Below, in pieces: positions 40,593 through 54,879 of a stretch of DNA of 64,000 nucleotides. Every line of letters begins with the position of its first letter. Within the stretch, counting starts at the first letter, position 1. The notes under the pieces were generated by a model. The model was not told where the DNA came from and did not search any database. It saw only the letters and a program-made list of their open reading frames with translations. The position numbers and the translations under genes are program-made. Source of the DNA: a virus; the IMG/VR virus record IMGVR_UViG_3300044729_002678, positions 97,619-161,618 of that record; one strand, written 5' to 3'.

Positions 40593-40798
40593 ATTTCGGG
40601 ACGGGAGTAAGCCGCTCCCATTTGTCCCTACTGAATTATAGTTGGTTTGTTGTTATAAAGAACTCAAACCCATCTATCAAAAAAAAACTTCTACCTTCGT
40701 CTAGTGAACCTGTATCCTGCCGTTCCCTAATCAATCGATTGTTACTTTTACGTCTCAACAATCCACGTCCACGGCGGACAAGAAAAAAAGACGGCTTG

Positions 40799-40899
40799 TT
40801 GACTAATATGGATTCGAACCATAATCCCCCGCCCCAGATTTCAGCCTCAGATATTTACCTACTTTCAAGGGGCAGTGTGCTCCATTACACCATAGCCAA
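40799..40899 (-). ncRNA. tRNA-like RNA with ~33 nt loop in the anticodon arm
   Basis: TTGGCTA/TAGTCAA acceptor, CTGCCCC/GGGGCGG stem, TATGG-TTCGAAT-CCATA T-arm. Confidence 0.55.
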
Positions 40900-40947
40900 T
40901 CGAGAGTTTCGAACCTCTCAGTCTTAGGTTAATTACTCCTAAGATTT

Positions 40948-41048
40948 GTAGTCAGGACAGGATTCGAACCTGTATGTGGTAATCCTTTCAGATATTTCTC
41001 ACTTACGTTTTTGCCGTATTAGCGTCTAACCAATTCCGCCACCTGACT
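40948..41048 (-). repeat. tRNA-like scaffold repeat, copy 6 (insert identical to copy 11)
   Basis: Same constant ends. Confidence 0.85.
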
Positions 41049-41144
41049 GATTAAAAAAAAAAAGAAACAGAGGTCATCCAGTATACAGTGTGCGCCTCAC
41101 CTGATGCATCAAGGGACTGTGCGTTTGCGTTTTACTTGTTTCTT

Positions 41145-41261
41145 TGGTAGTCAGGACAGGATTCGAACCTGTATGAAATCATCTTTGGGTACATAAATGT
41201 ATTTCTACATTCAAGCTGACTTCTCACTTTGTTAGCGTCTAACCAATTCCGCCACCTGACT
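41145..41261 (-). repeat. tRNA-like scaffold repeat, copy 7 (encoded ACCA end)
   Basis: Ends ...CCTGACTACCA. Confidence 0.85.
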
Positions 41262-41271
41262 ATTTTTTTAT

Positions 41272-41343
41272 GTTGTCCCCCAAGGATTCGAACCTCGATA
41301 AGCAGAATCAAAGTCTGCTGTCCTGCCGTTAGACGAGGGGACA
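41272..41343 (-). tRNA. tRNA-Gln(TTG)
   Basis: Loop CTTTGAT. Confidence 0.9.
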
Positions 41344-41676
41344 ATGGCTTTTCCAATATGTCAAAGAACGATGGTTTTTTAATGAGAACCAACTCAAGAA
41401 CAAAACAAATATACTAAACAATTTTCAATTTTCCAAATTTTTAATATTATCTTTTTGTTAAGAAAAAAAAAGCCCGAATTTTATTGTTCGGGCTTGCTCT
41501 TTTAGATTTGTATTTGTTATATACACATCCACGGCACAACCCTACCGCCAATATAGTTTACTGGTGTAAACCATATTTTATCTGATTGGAGTTGATTGTT
41601 TGAATGCATAGTATTTATGTTTTTATTCTTACAATAAGTATATAAAAAAATTTTAAAAATATGATAATGGTTTTTA

Positions 41677-41763
41677 GTAGTCAGTACAGGATTCGAACCT
41701 GCAATTTGCAACCTTAATGATGGTAAAGGATTCGGCTAGCCATGCCTCATTACACTACTGACT
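41677..41763 (-). repeat. tRNA-like scaffold repeat, copy 8 (divergent D-arm)
   Basis: AGTCAGT...GCAGGTTCGAATCCTGTACTGACTA. Confidence 0.7.
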
Positions 41764-42040
41764 ATATTATTAGATTTAATTTAATTACTATTTTCTTTTT
41801 TACGTTTTTGTTCTCGCTCCCAAAGTAAGTTTCCCACAATCACACCACATCCAATTGATGAAACGATTCGTAATACCATATTTGGTGCAAGTATTGAATA
41901 GGTTAATAATGCTGCTGATAGTAGCCACCATAAAGGGAATGGTTTAAAAAAGTTTTTCATATTATTGTTTTTTAATTTGTTTGTTTATCATCCACATCAT
42001 AAATAAATACATTGCGAATACTATAAGTACAACTAACGCG

Positions 42041-42787
42041 TTATAGGCCTAATCTTTTTAAATAAGCGGGACCATATACATCATAGGTACATCCTTCAAC
42101 AACATTACCACGCGGAATAGGAGCGGGAGCACGCCACGATGCAGCTTTCATCAAATCCGCCCTACGATATGGTTTACCATTTAGTTCACCATCCTTTCGG
42201 GCGATAAATCCCCATACACTACCATTCACATCAATTTTGTAAAACTTAGAACCCTTTGTTAATTTGATTACAGGCTCATTTAAGGATTGAAACCTTTCTT
42301 TATAATATCCCTTTAATTGTCCAGTCAAAATTTCCATAAAATCTTCAATAGTTTGACATGGGGGGGATGTTAATTGCGTAACTGATGTCATATTTTTTTA
42401 GGATTATTTGTTATACATTTTAACCATATTAACACTCACTTTATAAGTCTTACCACCACGAGTAACCAATACAGGTGATTTGGTAGATTTAGGTTTCCAA
42501 CCCGAAATCACATACTCATTACCCTGTAAGATGATTGTTTGACCAAGATTAAAGCCTGGTAATTGATATTTACCATAAGTATTAAAAGCGGATGCCTCTT
42601 TAGTCATAACCACCCCATTAGAAGCTTTAACAGCAGCTTGAACCTTATAAGTTACATTGTTTGAGGTAAAGGTAGCATTACCAACGGAAAGCTGAATACC
42701 ATATTTGGATGATACGGCGCTTAGGGCTGCGTTAATATCATCACGAAGATTCTTAACGGCGGCCCTGTCAAAAGATGTAATTTTCAT
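42041..42787 (-). other. Two early hypothetical ORFs (42041-42391, 42404-42787)
   Basis: Downstream of the repeated promoter at 42806. Confidence 0.55.
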
Positions 42788-42980
42788 AGTGTTTGTTTTT
42801 TTAACTTACATAGTAAAGATAAGGAAGAAATAGCAAATATCCAAGCTTTTTATGTTAAATTATCGTTAAATTTATCCACATTTTGGGTTAAAACTGTCCA
42901 ATAAATTGGACACTTATTCAATATTTCATTTCATTTTGGTTAGGGTTTAACATTTTGGTGGTGTCAACGAAATGGTATAA

Positions 42981-46091
<3,111 letters not shown>

Positions 46092-47451
46092 AAACACTAA
46101 AAGACAAATGGCTCACCATCTATTTTTGCCTCACCGACAGAAATAATGCAGTCGCTTAGTTCAATATTTAAAAGTGGATTAGCCATTCTTATGTCGCTTC
46201 TTGCTCCAAATCTGTATTCTAACCACTCCACAATATCTACATCATCAGGGTTGCCGTTAAATTCTTTTGGCATTTCAATTTTTACATCTTTTAAATTTAG
46301 TTTTGACATTTTAATTAGTTTTTATAGTTTCAAACAACCGATACCTCCCACACGAATCGGTCAGGGTCTTGACTTGAGGCCCGAATCCGTTGGAGCGGGA
46401 TAGCACATACTCGCAGGCGTTACCCTTGGCCCGCACCTCAATCACCTTCCAAGGGCGGTCGTTGGTGCAAGCGGTCAGCAGGAGCAGAAGTAGGAATGGT
46501 CTCATAACTTAATTTTTTAGTTTTTTAATTATTACATAGTAAAGATAGGGATAAAACCCCATATTTCCAAGCTTTCTGTATTAAATTTAGGTTAAATTTA
46601 TTCATTTTCCATATCAATCCAATCCACATCACCATCTTCCATCATATTATTATCTTCCAATAGTGTCCAATACCGCTCTTTCCACCTATCTAATTCAACA
46701 CCATCTATGAGTTGAACTTGTCCCGTTTTTTTGGCAAGATATGCAATACCCCAATTAAGTATTTCTTCGGCCTGGTTTAGTAAACCATCTTCCAACATTA
46801 CCAATACCCGTTTATAATTTTCGGTTATGGTATCTAATTTTTTTGGTTTTCTTCCTCGCTTTTTCATATGTATAAAATTTTATCGGTATAAAGTAACAAT
46901 TGACCCAAAATTAGAGTCAAATACCCTAATCAAATTTTCGTAATCACCACTCATCATTTCGTTTACGATTTCTTTGGAATTAAATCCCAATTGTTTGGAA
47001 AGATTTTGAGCAAGACCAATGAGATAAAATGCATTTCCCTGCGGCCCTGTTAAATCAACTTCAATAGCTGAATTTTTTACTTTTTGCTTAATAGCCATAA
47101 CTTTTATTTTTAGTTTTTTAATTATTACATAGTAAAGATAGGTATAAAACCCCACTTTTCCAAGCTTTCTGTATTAAATTTAGGTTAAATTTTATGCTTT
47201 CCAAAGGTGTAATAATCTTGAGCCTCATCATCGGCACTCATTTTCATTTCATCATCAATCCTATCACTATATTTTATCTCATTAAAGATAACGGCTATCT
47301 TGTTCTTATCTTCTTGTGTGGCATGCCCACTATCTTCAAAAATAATAAGTAACTCACAAGCACTATTTAATAATCGTTTTAAGGTTTCGCTGGTCGTTTC
47401 GCTGGTCATCGTCTGTTGGTTTATTGGTTGAACAAAAGTCTTTGATGGTAG

Positions 47452-47946
47452 TTATGGTATTAGTTTGTATTTACGTCCGTTGTGTTCAATGATTTCGGGG
47501 GGGCGGTTGTCAATAATTGCACCAACTGAATCCTCAAAGTAGATGACATCGCCATTTGAATCAAATTCAGATTTAAACCAATATCCACTTGAATCTTCAC
47601 CATAGAAACGATAGTCATTTTTGTCCATAATTTCAAGGTTGCCATTGGCCTCAAAGTCCCAGTTCAGCCATTGGCCGATTGTTTGTCCGTCTTTCATGGT
47701 TAGGGTATTAGTTGATATTTTTTGCCGTTGTGTTCGATGATTTGAGGGGATGCGGTTGTCAACAATATTACCGCCTGAATTTTTAAAGTAGATAACATCG
47801 CCATTTGAATCAAATTCGGATTTAAACCAATATCCTTTTGAAGTTTCATGGTATATATCGTCGCCATTCTTGTCTTTAATTTTAAGGCTGCCATTGGTCT
47901 TGAAATTCCAGTTCAGCCATTGGCCGAGTGTTTGTCCGTCTTTCAT
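47452..47946 (-). CDS. Tandem paralog pair (MKDGQT.GQWLNW.F) fused by a frameshift
   Basis: Two ~80 aa repeats; the native C-terminus of the first copy lies in another frame. Confidence 0.65.
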   Translation of the reverse strand: MKDGQTLGQWLNWNFKTNGSLKIKDKNGDDIYHETSKGYWFKSEFDSNGDVIYFKNSGGNIVDNRIPSNHRTQRQKISTNTLTMKDGQTIGQWLNWDFEANGNLEIMDKNDYRFYGEDSSGYWFKSEFDSNGDVIYFEDSVGAIIDNRPPEIIEHNGRKYKLIP

Positions 47947-47950
47947 AGGT

Positions 47951-48274
47951 TTAGTGTTTAGTTTCTTCAATTAGTTCTCCGTCTTTCCAATGACGGGTTT
48001 TGGTAATGTTTCCCTGTTCATCAAATTCCTCCTCAATTCCATCCGCCTTACCTTCTTTGTATGGGGTTCTCCAATGGATTTTTCCGTTTTCATAGAACAT
48101 CTCCTCAATTCCATCCTCCTTACCTCCTTTGTATGAGGTTCTCAAATGGATGTTTCCGTTTTCATAGAACCACTCCCAAATACCTTCTTCTTGCTCTTTT
48201 GAGTTTAGTTGTCCTTTGACCCATATATTTCCGTTGGGGTAATATTCAATGTAGGGTGTGAGTTCGTTGGTCAT
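47951..48274 (-). CDS. MORN-variant repeat protein, paralog C
   Basis: 3' ~150 nt identical to paralog A. Confidence 0.8.
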   Translation of the reverse strand: MTNELTPYIEYYPNGNIWVKGQLNSKEQEEGIWEWFYENGNIHLRTSYKGGKEDGIEEMFYENGKIHWRTPYKEGKADGIEEEFDEQGNITKTRHWKDGELIEETKH

Positions 48275-48654
48275 AGGTTTAGTGTTTAGATTGTTATGTG
48301 CCATTTTAGTGAACACAATTCCGAAGATTCCACTCTTGAAGGTCAATGTACTTATCATAGGTACACTCTTGACCACTTTCAATCTCATAAATTTGATTAT
48401 CAAAAGCGTCTATTTTATCTTGTTTTACAATCCATTCTTTATACTCGTCAAGAGTGTTGAAGCCAAACATTTGACCTTTCTGATTATTTACTACTATTAT
48501 CATAATTTTTGAATTAATTTGGTTTATTGGTTGAACAAAAGTGCGTAAATGAATCTGCCGAAGAAAATTACACTAAGCACTACTGCTAACGTTGTAAATC
48601 CATACTCAAGTATAGTTACAACTAAATGGTTATTGGTTTTTGGTTTCATAACTT

Positions 48655-49209
48655 TTATTTAGAAGCGGATTGAATTATACTAAATGCTTTACTAACCACT
48701 TTTTGGTCAGATACATATTTTACAGTATCATTGAATTCCCTACCCACATTTACCACCTCATTCACCACCCATTCAACTTTACCAAATGGAGCCCGATTAT
48801 CAACAAACACATACTTAACCGAAGCTTCCAACACCATACCCGTCAAACCACAAACCGAACCTGAAGTTTCATAACTCTCATAGATATCATGCATACCATT
48901 GAATGTACCATACTCCCAAAGGTGGGCAAATTTTTCTACCTCATAAGCAATTTGTGAATCAACGGGAGCACCCATTTTAGTGTAAAGATTAACCCGAAGA
49001 GAATTACCACCAGAGAAAGAGTCCGATTTTACCGAACACATAACCCCATTATAATTCATTTTAACAAACTGCTTTACCAATGAACCTGCGATTGGTGCAT
49101 TGATATGAACATATTTTACGCCGGAATTTGACCCGTAGGTTTTAGTACGGAGGGCTGTGGTGGGAACTTCAAAGTTCTGACCATTAATTTGGATTACCAT
49201 TTTTTTCAT
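48655..49209 (-). CDS. LPD29-like (polyvalent protein-associated) domain protein
   Basis: SVKSDSFSGGNSLRV...GTFNGMHDIYE. Confidence 0.55.
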   Translation of the reverse strand: MKKMVIQINGQNFEVPTTALRTKTYGSNSGVKYVHINAPIAGSLVKQFVKMNYNGVMCSVKSDSFSGGNSLRVNLYTKMGAPVDSQIAYEVEKFAHLWEYGTFNGMHDIYESYETSGSVCGLTGMVLEASVKYVFVDNRAPFGKVEWVVNEVVNVGREFNDTVKYVSDQKVVSKAFSIIQSASK

Positions 49210-49287
49210 AATGTTTGTTTTTTTAACTTACATAGTAAAGATAGGGATAAAACCCCATATTTCCAAGCTTTCAATATTAAATTTGCG

Positions 49288-49656
49288 TTAATTTTCAGTT
49301 TCTTCGATTAGTTTCCCTTCTTTCCAAAGTTGGGTTTTAATGATGTTTCCGTTTTCATAGAACAACTCCACAATTCCATCTATCTTACCTCCTACGTGTG
49401 GGATTCTCATACTGATGTTTCCGTTTTCATAGAATATTTTCCATATGCCGTCATATTGCCCTTTTGAGTTCTTTTGACCTTTGACCCATACATTTCCGTT
49501 GGAGTGATATTCAATGTGGGGTGTGAGTTCGTTGGTCGTTGTTGGTTCAACGTTTTTAGATACTGTCTCATACTGTTCCAAACGCTCTTTGAGCTTTGCG
49601 TTTTCTTCTTCAAGTTCTAATATGGTCTTAACCATACTGGTTATTAATTCGTTCAT
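49288..49656 (-). CDS. MORN-variant repeat protein, paralog D, with coiled-coil N-terminus
   Basis: NELTPHIEYHSNGNV module. Confidence 0.8.
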   Translation of the reverse strand: MNELITSMVKTILELEEENAKLKERLEQYETVSKNVEPTTTNELTPHIEYHSNGNVWVKGQKNSKGQYDGIWKIFYENGNISMRIPHVGGKIDGIVELFYENGNIIKTQLWKEGKLIEETEN

Positions 49657-51260
49657 CTTTTATTGCTCGTTCAAAGGGTTAGTTTCGATTAATAAGTTGT
49701 CAAGTACGGTCATGAAAGGAAATTCTGTGTAGTATTCAACTCCGGCAACAGTTCGAATCGATTTTATTCCTCCTAAATACAGTACAGTTTCTAATGTCAA
49801 ATGATACATAAAATATTTTTCTTCTAACTCTTTAACAACTTTGGCGATTGTGTTGGGGTAATGAACGGCTTTTTTATGCAAAGCATAAACCACTTCAGGT
49901 TTTAAACGGGAATAAAGATTTTTCATATATTATTTTTATTTTTAGTTTCTCAATTATTACATAGTAAAGATAGGGATAAAACCCCATATTTCCAAGCTTT
50001 CAATATTAAATTATCGTTAAATTTTGGAGGAGGGGGGTATTGGTCCAAACGAAAAAAAACACCAATACCCAATCCTCAACCATCTATTATACCAATGATG
50101 CCATACACTCTTTAGCGTATGTGGACAAATACGGGTAATGGAGAGCAATCTTCAGCGTATGTGGAAGATGAACTCATAATCATACCATCTGTCTCTACCT
50201 CTACCATATACTCACTCCATACCCGGCGTGCCTCTTCGTGCAAATGCGCAAGTTCCTGTGAAGAGGAATATTCGAGCTGATAAGTGGTTTCGGGCTCGGT
50301 GGTGTTGGGGAAATCTCCGGTGGGGAAATAAACTCTGAAAGTAGCAATCATAAAAGGGGGGTTTAGTTTCTCAATCATTACATAGTAAATATAGGCATAA
50401 AACCCCATATTTCCAAGCTTTTTCCCCAAAAGTTATCCACATTTTACAAAAAAAAAGTGTCCAATTTAGTGGACACTTTCATATAGAGTATTTGGTATTG
50501 TTTTACTTCCAATCAATTTTAGGGCAGTATTTGTGATACTTTGCTTTCACCATCTCAACGATGATATTGTCTGTCTTTTCAGTATTACTATTCTTTGATT
50601 GCAAGTGTTCTTTTGTTTTAATAATAGCCCAAGTAATGCCAACTATGATAAGGGAAGTCCAAACACAAAAACCAAAAACTATCATTACCATAAGTAATGA
50701 ATCCTCATCAGGGATGTAAAAGAAAAGACTCAATGTTGAAATCGTGCAAATAATAGCAGCGATAAAGAACCAATAAACAAACGATGTTCCGAGCATATCA
50801 CCGTATGTGTCCCGACGACTACGTTTGTAGTTGATGATTTCATAAGGTAGGGTATAAATTGCAAACAAAGGTGAAAGAATCACCGCAGTAACCAGTTTCC
50901 AAAAGTAAGGACACAGGTTGGTGGGCATTGTGTCGGTTTTATAGAACCAACGATAGAGTTTTGCCGAGAGTGAGTTTTGATTTAGTTTCATTTGTTTTTA
51001 TTATTTTATTTTCACGGTAGACCTAATGGTTCCATTTATCTCTACCCTAATATCTAGCACATTTGTAGAATCCACCACTATGTATCGACATCCGTCAACA
51101 CTATACACAATGCCTTTTGGGTATTTCTTTTGAAGCATCTCCTTATCTTGAGAAACAGTGGTGGCATTACAACTTACCAATAATACACCGATGCTGAAAA
51201 TTGCAATTAACTTTTTCATGTCTTTTGTTTAGTTTGTTTAGTTTTGTTTTAAATTGTTTA

Positions 51261-51369
51261 GTAGTCAGTACAGGATTCGAACCTGTAAGGAAGGAGGATT
51301 ACTATTAAATCTAACAAATGTTACCAAGTTTAGATTCCTCAATGCGTCTACCAATTCCGCCACCTGACT
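51261..51369 (-). repeat. tRNA-like scaffold repeat, copy 9
   Basis: Same constant ends; outside the tRNA cluster. Confidence 0.85.
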
Positions 51370-51375
51370 GTTTGA

Positions 51376-51558
51376 TTATTCAATGTACGACCATTTAATA
51401 ATATGTTTCTCTTCACATACATCATTATACGAAGGTATGTACCATTCATCATTTTCATAATAGCAAACCTCATATTTCGGTACGTTCTTCAAAGAACTTT
51501 GAATTAGTACCCAACTACCATCTTTTGGTTTTCCATTTTTAATTTCAACCCATTCCAT
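51376..51558 (-). CDS. DUF551-like small protein between scaffold copies 9 and 10
   Basis: MEWVEIKNGKP...IIKW pattern. Confidence 0.55.
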   Translation of the reverse strand: MEWVEIKNGKPKDGSWVLIQSSLKNVPKYEVCYYENDEWYIPSYNDVCEEKHIIKWSYIE

Positions 51559-51573
51559 ATTCTTTAATTTTTA

Positions 51574-51657
51574 GTTGTCAGTACAGGATTCGAACCTATA
51601 TGAACTTTCATTCTCGGGAAGGTTTCCCTAGCGTCTATCCAATTCCGCCACCTGACT
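51574..51657 (-). repeat. tRNA-like scaffold repeat, copy 10
   Basis: Short ~30 nt insert. Confidence 0.8.
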
Positions 51658-51748
51658 GTGTTTCATATCTCTTTATCTTACATAGTAAATATAAGGATAA
51701 AACCCCACATTTCCAATCTTTTTATGTTAAATTATCGTTAAATTAATT

Positions 51749-52936
51749 TCACGACTTCTTGGTTGGGATTAGCACCGTTGCGTTATCGTCTTTCACGAGT
51801 TCCCAGTTGTAAGTGGGTGAAAGGTAGAACGAGCGTTTATCTAGTTCCTGATTGTCTGAATTTCTGATTTGTATAAAATCATTCTTAAGTCCCAAAGATT
51901 TACAAACATCCGCTGAAACAACTCTTTGCCCGGGTTTATTGGCGTGCTCAGAGAAGTCAAAATACTTGCTATCCTCAGGGAAGCAGTTGGGGTGGTTCTT
52001 CTTGATTTTTGGTTTCCATCCTCCACAAGCCATATCGTGCAGTCCACGGATGGCTTCTACAGTAGTAGTTCCATCCAACTTGAAGTGTTCTGTAAGGTAT
52101 TCCTTTTGTGGGGTAGTGGCTGCGTTGTAGTACTCGTTGAGTAACTCACGGGAGATTCGAATTGATTTTGACATGGTTGTTTGGGTTGGGTTTGTGATTT
52201 GACGGAATTGTTCAAGGGAGATTTCTACAAATTGAGGATAATCGGCAATACAATTTTTGATGTCTCCAGCATAGTACTTGCTTTCGTCCTTCGGATGCTC
52301 GGACATTAGAGTGTATCCAACCTGAAAATGGAAATCTGTGTCTGCATTTTCCTCCCACCATGCTTTGAGTTCTTTAAAGTTTTCTTCCGTGGCTTCAATG
52401 CACCAGTGTTCAGGGTGTTTCATGGGTTGTGAGTTTGTGATTTCACGGAATTGTTCGAGGGTGATTTCTTGGTAGTGACATTTTAGAAAGTTTCCAAAGT
52501 CCGAAAAAAAGTAAGTACCGTCGTATGGGTGTTCAGACACAAGGAATGAGCCTGGTACAAACTTGTCGTCCCATTTTGACGCTTTACTCGTTCTTTTGCT
52601 CAACCTCCAACGATTGAGTTCTGCGTGGTTTTCTTTGGTTACGGGGATGTACCATTTTTCGGGGTGTTTCATAGGTTTTGGGTTTGTGATTTCACGGAAT
52701 TGTTCAAGGGTTATTTTTTGGTAGGATGGATACCTTGCGGTAAAACCTTTTTCGGAGCCACACCAATAATAACTTGAGTCTGTTGGGTGCTCTGAAAGTA
52801 GGAAGGCGCCTTCTCTTAGGCGGGTGTCTGGGTCCTTTGTCCATCTGCTTTTTAAGGCTTGCTTTCGCCACCACGTTTGGAGTTCTGCGCGGTTCTCTTG
52901 GGTAACAGGTATGTACCATTTTTTTAGGTGTGTCAT
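51749..52936 (-). CDS. Protein with three tandem ~85 aa repeats plus a C-terminal domain
   Basis: M.H...W.I..T.EN..EL...I.LEQFR.ITN three times. Confidence 0.75.
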   Translation of the reverse strand: MTHLKKWYIPVTQENRAELQTWWRKQALKSRWTKDPDTRLREGAFLLSEHPTDSSYYWCGSEKGFTARYPSYQKITLEQFREITNPKPMKHPEKWYIPVTKENHAELNRWRLSKRTSKASKWDDKFVPGSFLVSEHPYDGTYFFSDFGNFLKCHYQEITLEQFREITNSQPMKHPEHWCIEATEENFKELKAWWEENADTDFHFQVGYTLMSEHPKDESKYYAGDIKNCIADYPQFVEISLEQFRQITNPTQTTMSKSIRISRELLNEYYNAATTPQKEYLTEHFKLDGTTTVEAIRGLHDMACGGWKPKIKKNHPNCFPEDSKYFDFSEHANKPGQRVVSADVCKSLGLKNDFIQIRNSDNQELDKRSFYLSPTYNWELVKDDNATVLIPTKKS

Positions 52937-54879
52937 TCGTTTTTTAGTTTTATATTCAAAAAGGATTGGTGATTTGACGTGTTAGAATTTTTGAATCTTT
53001 TTCTGGACGAGATTCGATGTCCAATGAAATGGACTTGCCGTAGCATTTAGCAACGATGATGTCATCGCCGTAGCTGTCTTTTTCAACGGCAAACCTTACA
53101 AACCCAGCGCCTTCGCATTTTTCATTATAACCAACCATGTCTTTGTGTTGGATTGCCGCGGAAAAGATGATTCCACTCCCTTCAACGATTACGTATTTTG
53201 CTTCGTACATTTTTATATACTATTTAACTCCAACCATCAAAGTATATACATCACATTCCATCAACCTAAACATATCTTTAGGGAACACACTTTTCAAATC
53301 GGTAGTATCAAAGTACTCATTTTCGTAAATGGGTAATGATAGTTTGGTGTCTTTACGCATGGTGTGTCTTTCGACCCACTCATTAACATCGACTACCAAC
53401 ATGTAATTTCCGTTTCTTAACATAGCTTTTATTTTTAATATGATTAAATATACGAACGAATTTTATGGTGTTAAGATTGAAATGATCAAAACTAACAAGA
53501 TTGAATAAAGTATAAAAGTTATACCAAACCCTACTATAATTCCATCAAAATATGTTTTTTCTTTTTTCATGTTTTGTTATTTTATTAAACTTTAAATTTC
53601 CAATTCGCCAACCACCACTTATTATAGGCAAGGGTGGTGATATATACCAACCCAAATAATGCCAATACGGTAATGGTTTTCAATACTACAATATAGATTG
53701 CGAGTAAATTGAGGATATCTGATAGAATTTCCATATTATTTACAGTTTTGTTCTTTGGTGGAGTAAAGGTTGACAAGATAATTAAACTTTTCAACAGCCT
53801 CAAATACCGAGCAGGTAACTGCTTTAAGGAGCATGGATGATTTTAGTTCGCTGAACATAATGGTATCATTTGATAGTTCAATCGAGAGGTTCAATTTTGG
53901 GAAGGTTTTTTTCATACTGTTTGTTTTTTTAACTTACATAGTAAAGATAAGGATAAAACCCCATATTTCCAAGCTTTCAATATTAAATTTGCGTTAAGTT
54001 TTTCTCAATAATGAGACGAACCCGTTCCCTATCAACGGAATCAAATTCAATGTCGCTTAATGGTATGCTTTCCAAATACTCATTACAGGCGGCAATAATC
54101 CCCTTTTTTGTAGTAAGTGGGTAAATACCATTACGCAACTCATAAAAAGTTATACAATATTTGTAAAACTCTTTGATTAAAACTGAATATTTTTTCATAT
54201 CTCTTTTTGTTACATAATAAAGATACTACAAAAACCCCATATTTCCAAGCTTTTTCCCCAAAAGTTATCCACATTTTACAAAAAAAAAGTGTCCAATTTA
54301 GTGGACAGTTCTTATTGACCTTGGGTTTGCAAATCTATAATCCCCAAAGCCTCACTTATAACGGAAACAATTCGATATGGAATTATTTTATTTATTATCT
54401 ACTCAAAAATGATAGTTGAACTTCTTTTAAAAGTTTCCTACCCAATTTTTTATCATTACGAAAGGTATATTTGTTTTTTACACTCATAAGTGTATTAGCC
54501 CTCACCAACTTTTCGATTTCAGTTTCGTTATAGCCAATACTTTCCCATGTCGCAATTAATTTACTTTCAACCCTCTGAAGTTGTTCACTAATATCATTTT
54601 CGATATGAGATTGGTTTATCTTAAAAAAGATATTACCACGTCTTATTTTATCCCGAAAAGAATTACCCATCCCAAATATACAAAAGTTTTGGTAAATCTG
54701 CCTACGTTGGTTATAATCCATACCTACCATTTCTTTTTCCATAATTTCTAATGTTTCTTCGAAACTGTACCTTTTATTATTTGCACACATAATTTTATTG
54801 TTTAATATTTTTTATTTAGTTAGTTATTACAAATATACGAAGTAAATTTTGTTTTTCCAAATCCTTATAGAAAAATTTA

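Noticed and set aside
35933-41261. Group I or archaeal-type introns in tRNA-Leu
   Set aside because: The inserts are far too short for group I introns, and no consistent splice junction restoring a 7-nt anticodon loop was found by eye.
36055-41711. ORF-track entries overlapping tRNAs or scaffolds (37693, 37697, 38004, 38723, 39316, 40154, 40311, 41132, 41229, 41517; 5' extensions of 31116, 36055, 36327)
   Set aside because: They are translations of tRNA sequence (GSNP/RFES peptides), not credible proteins.
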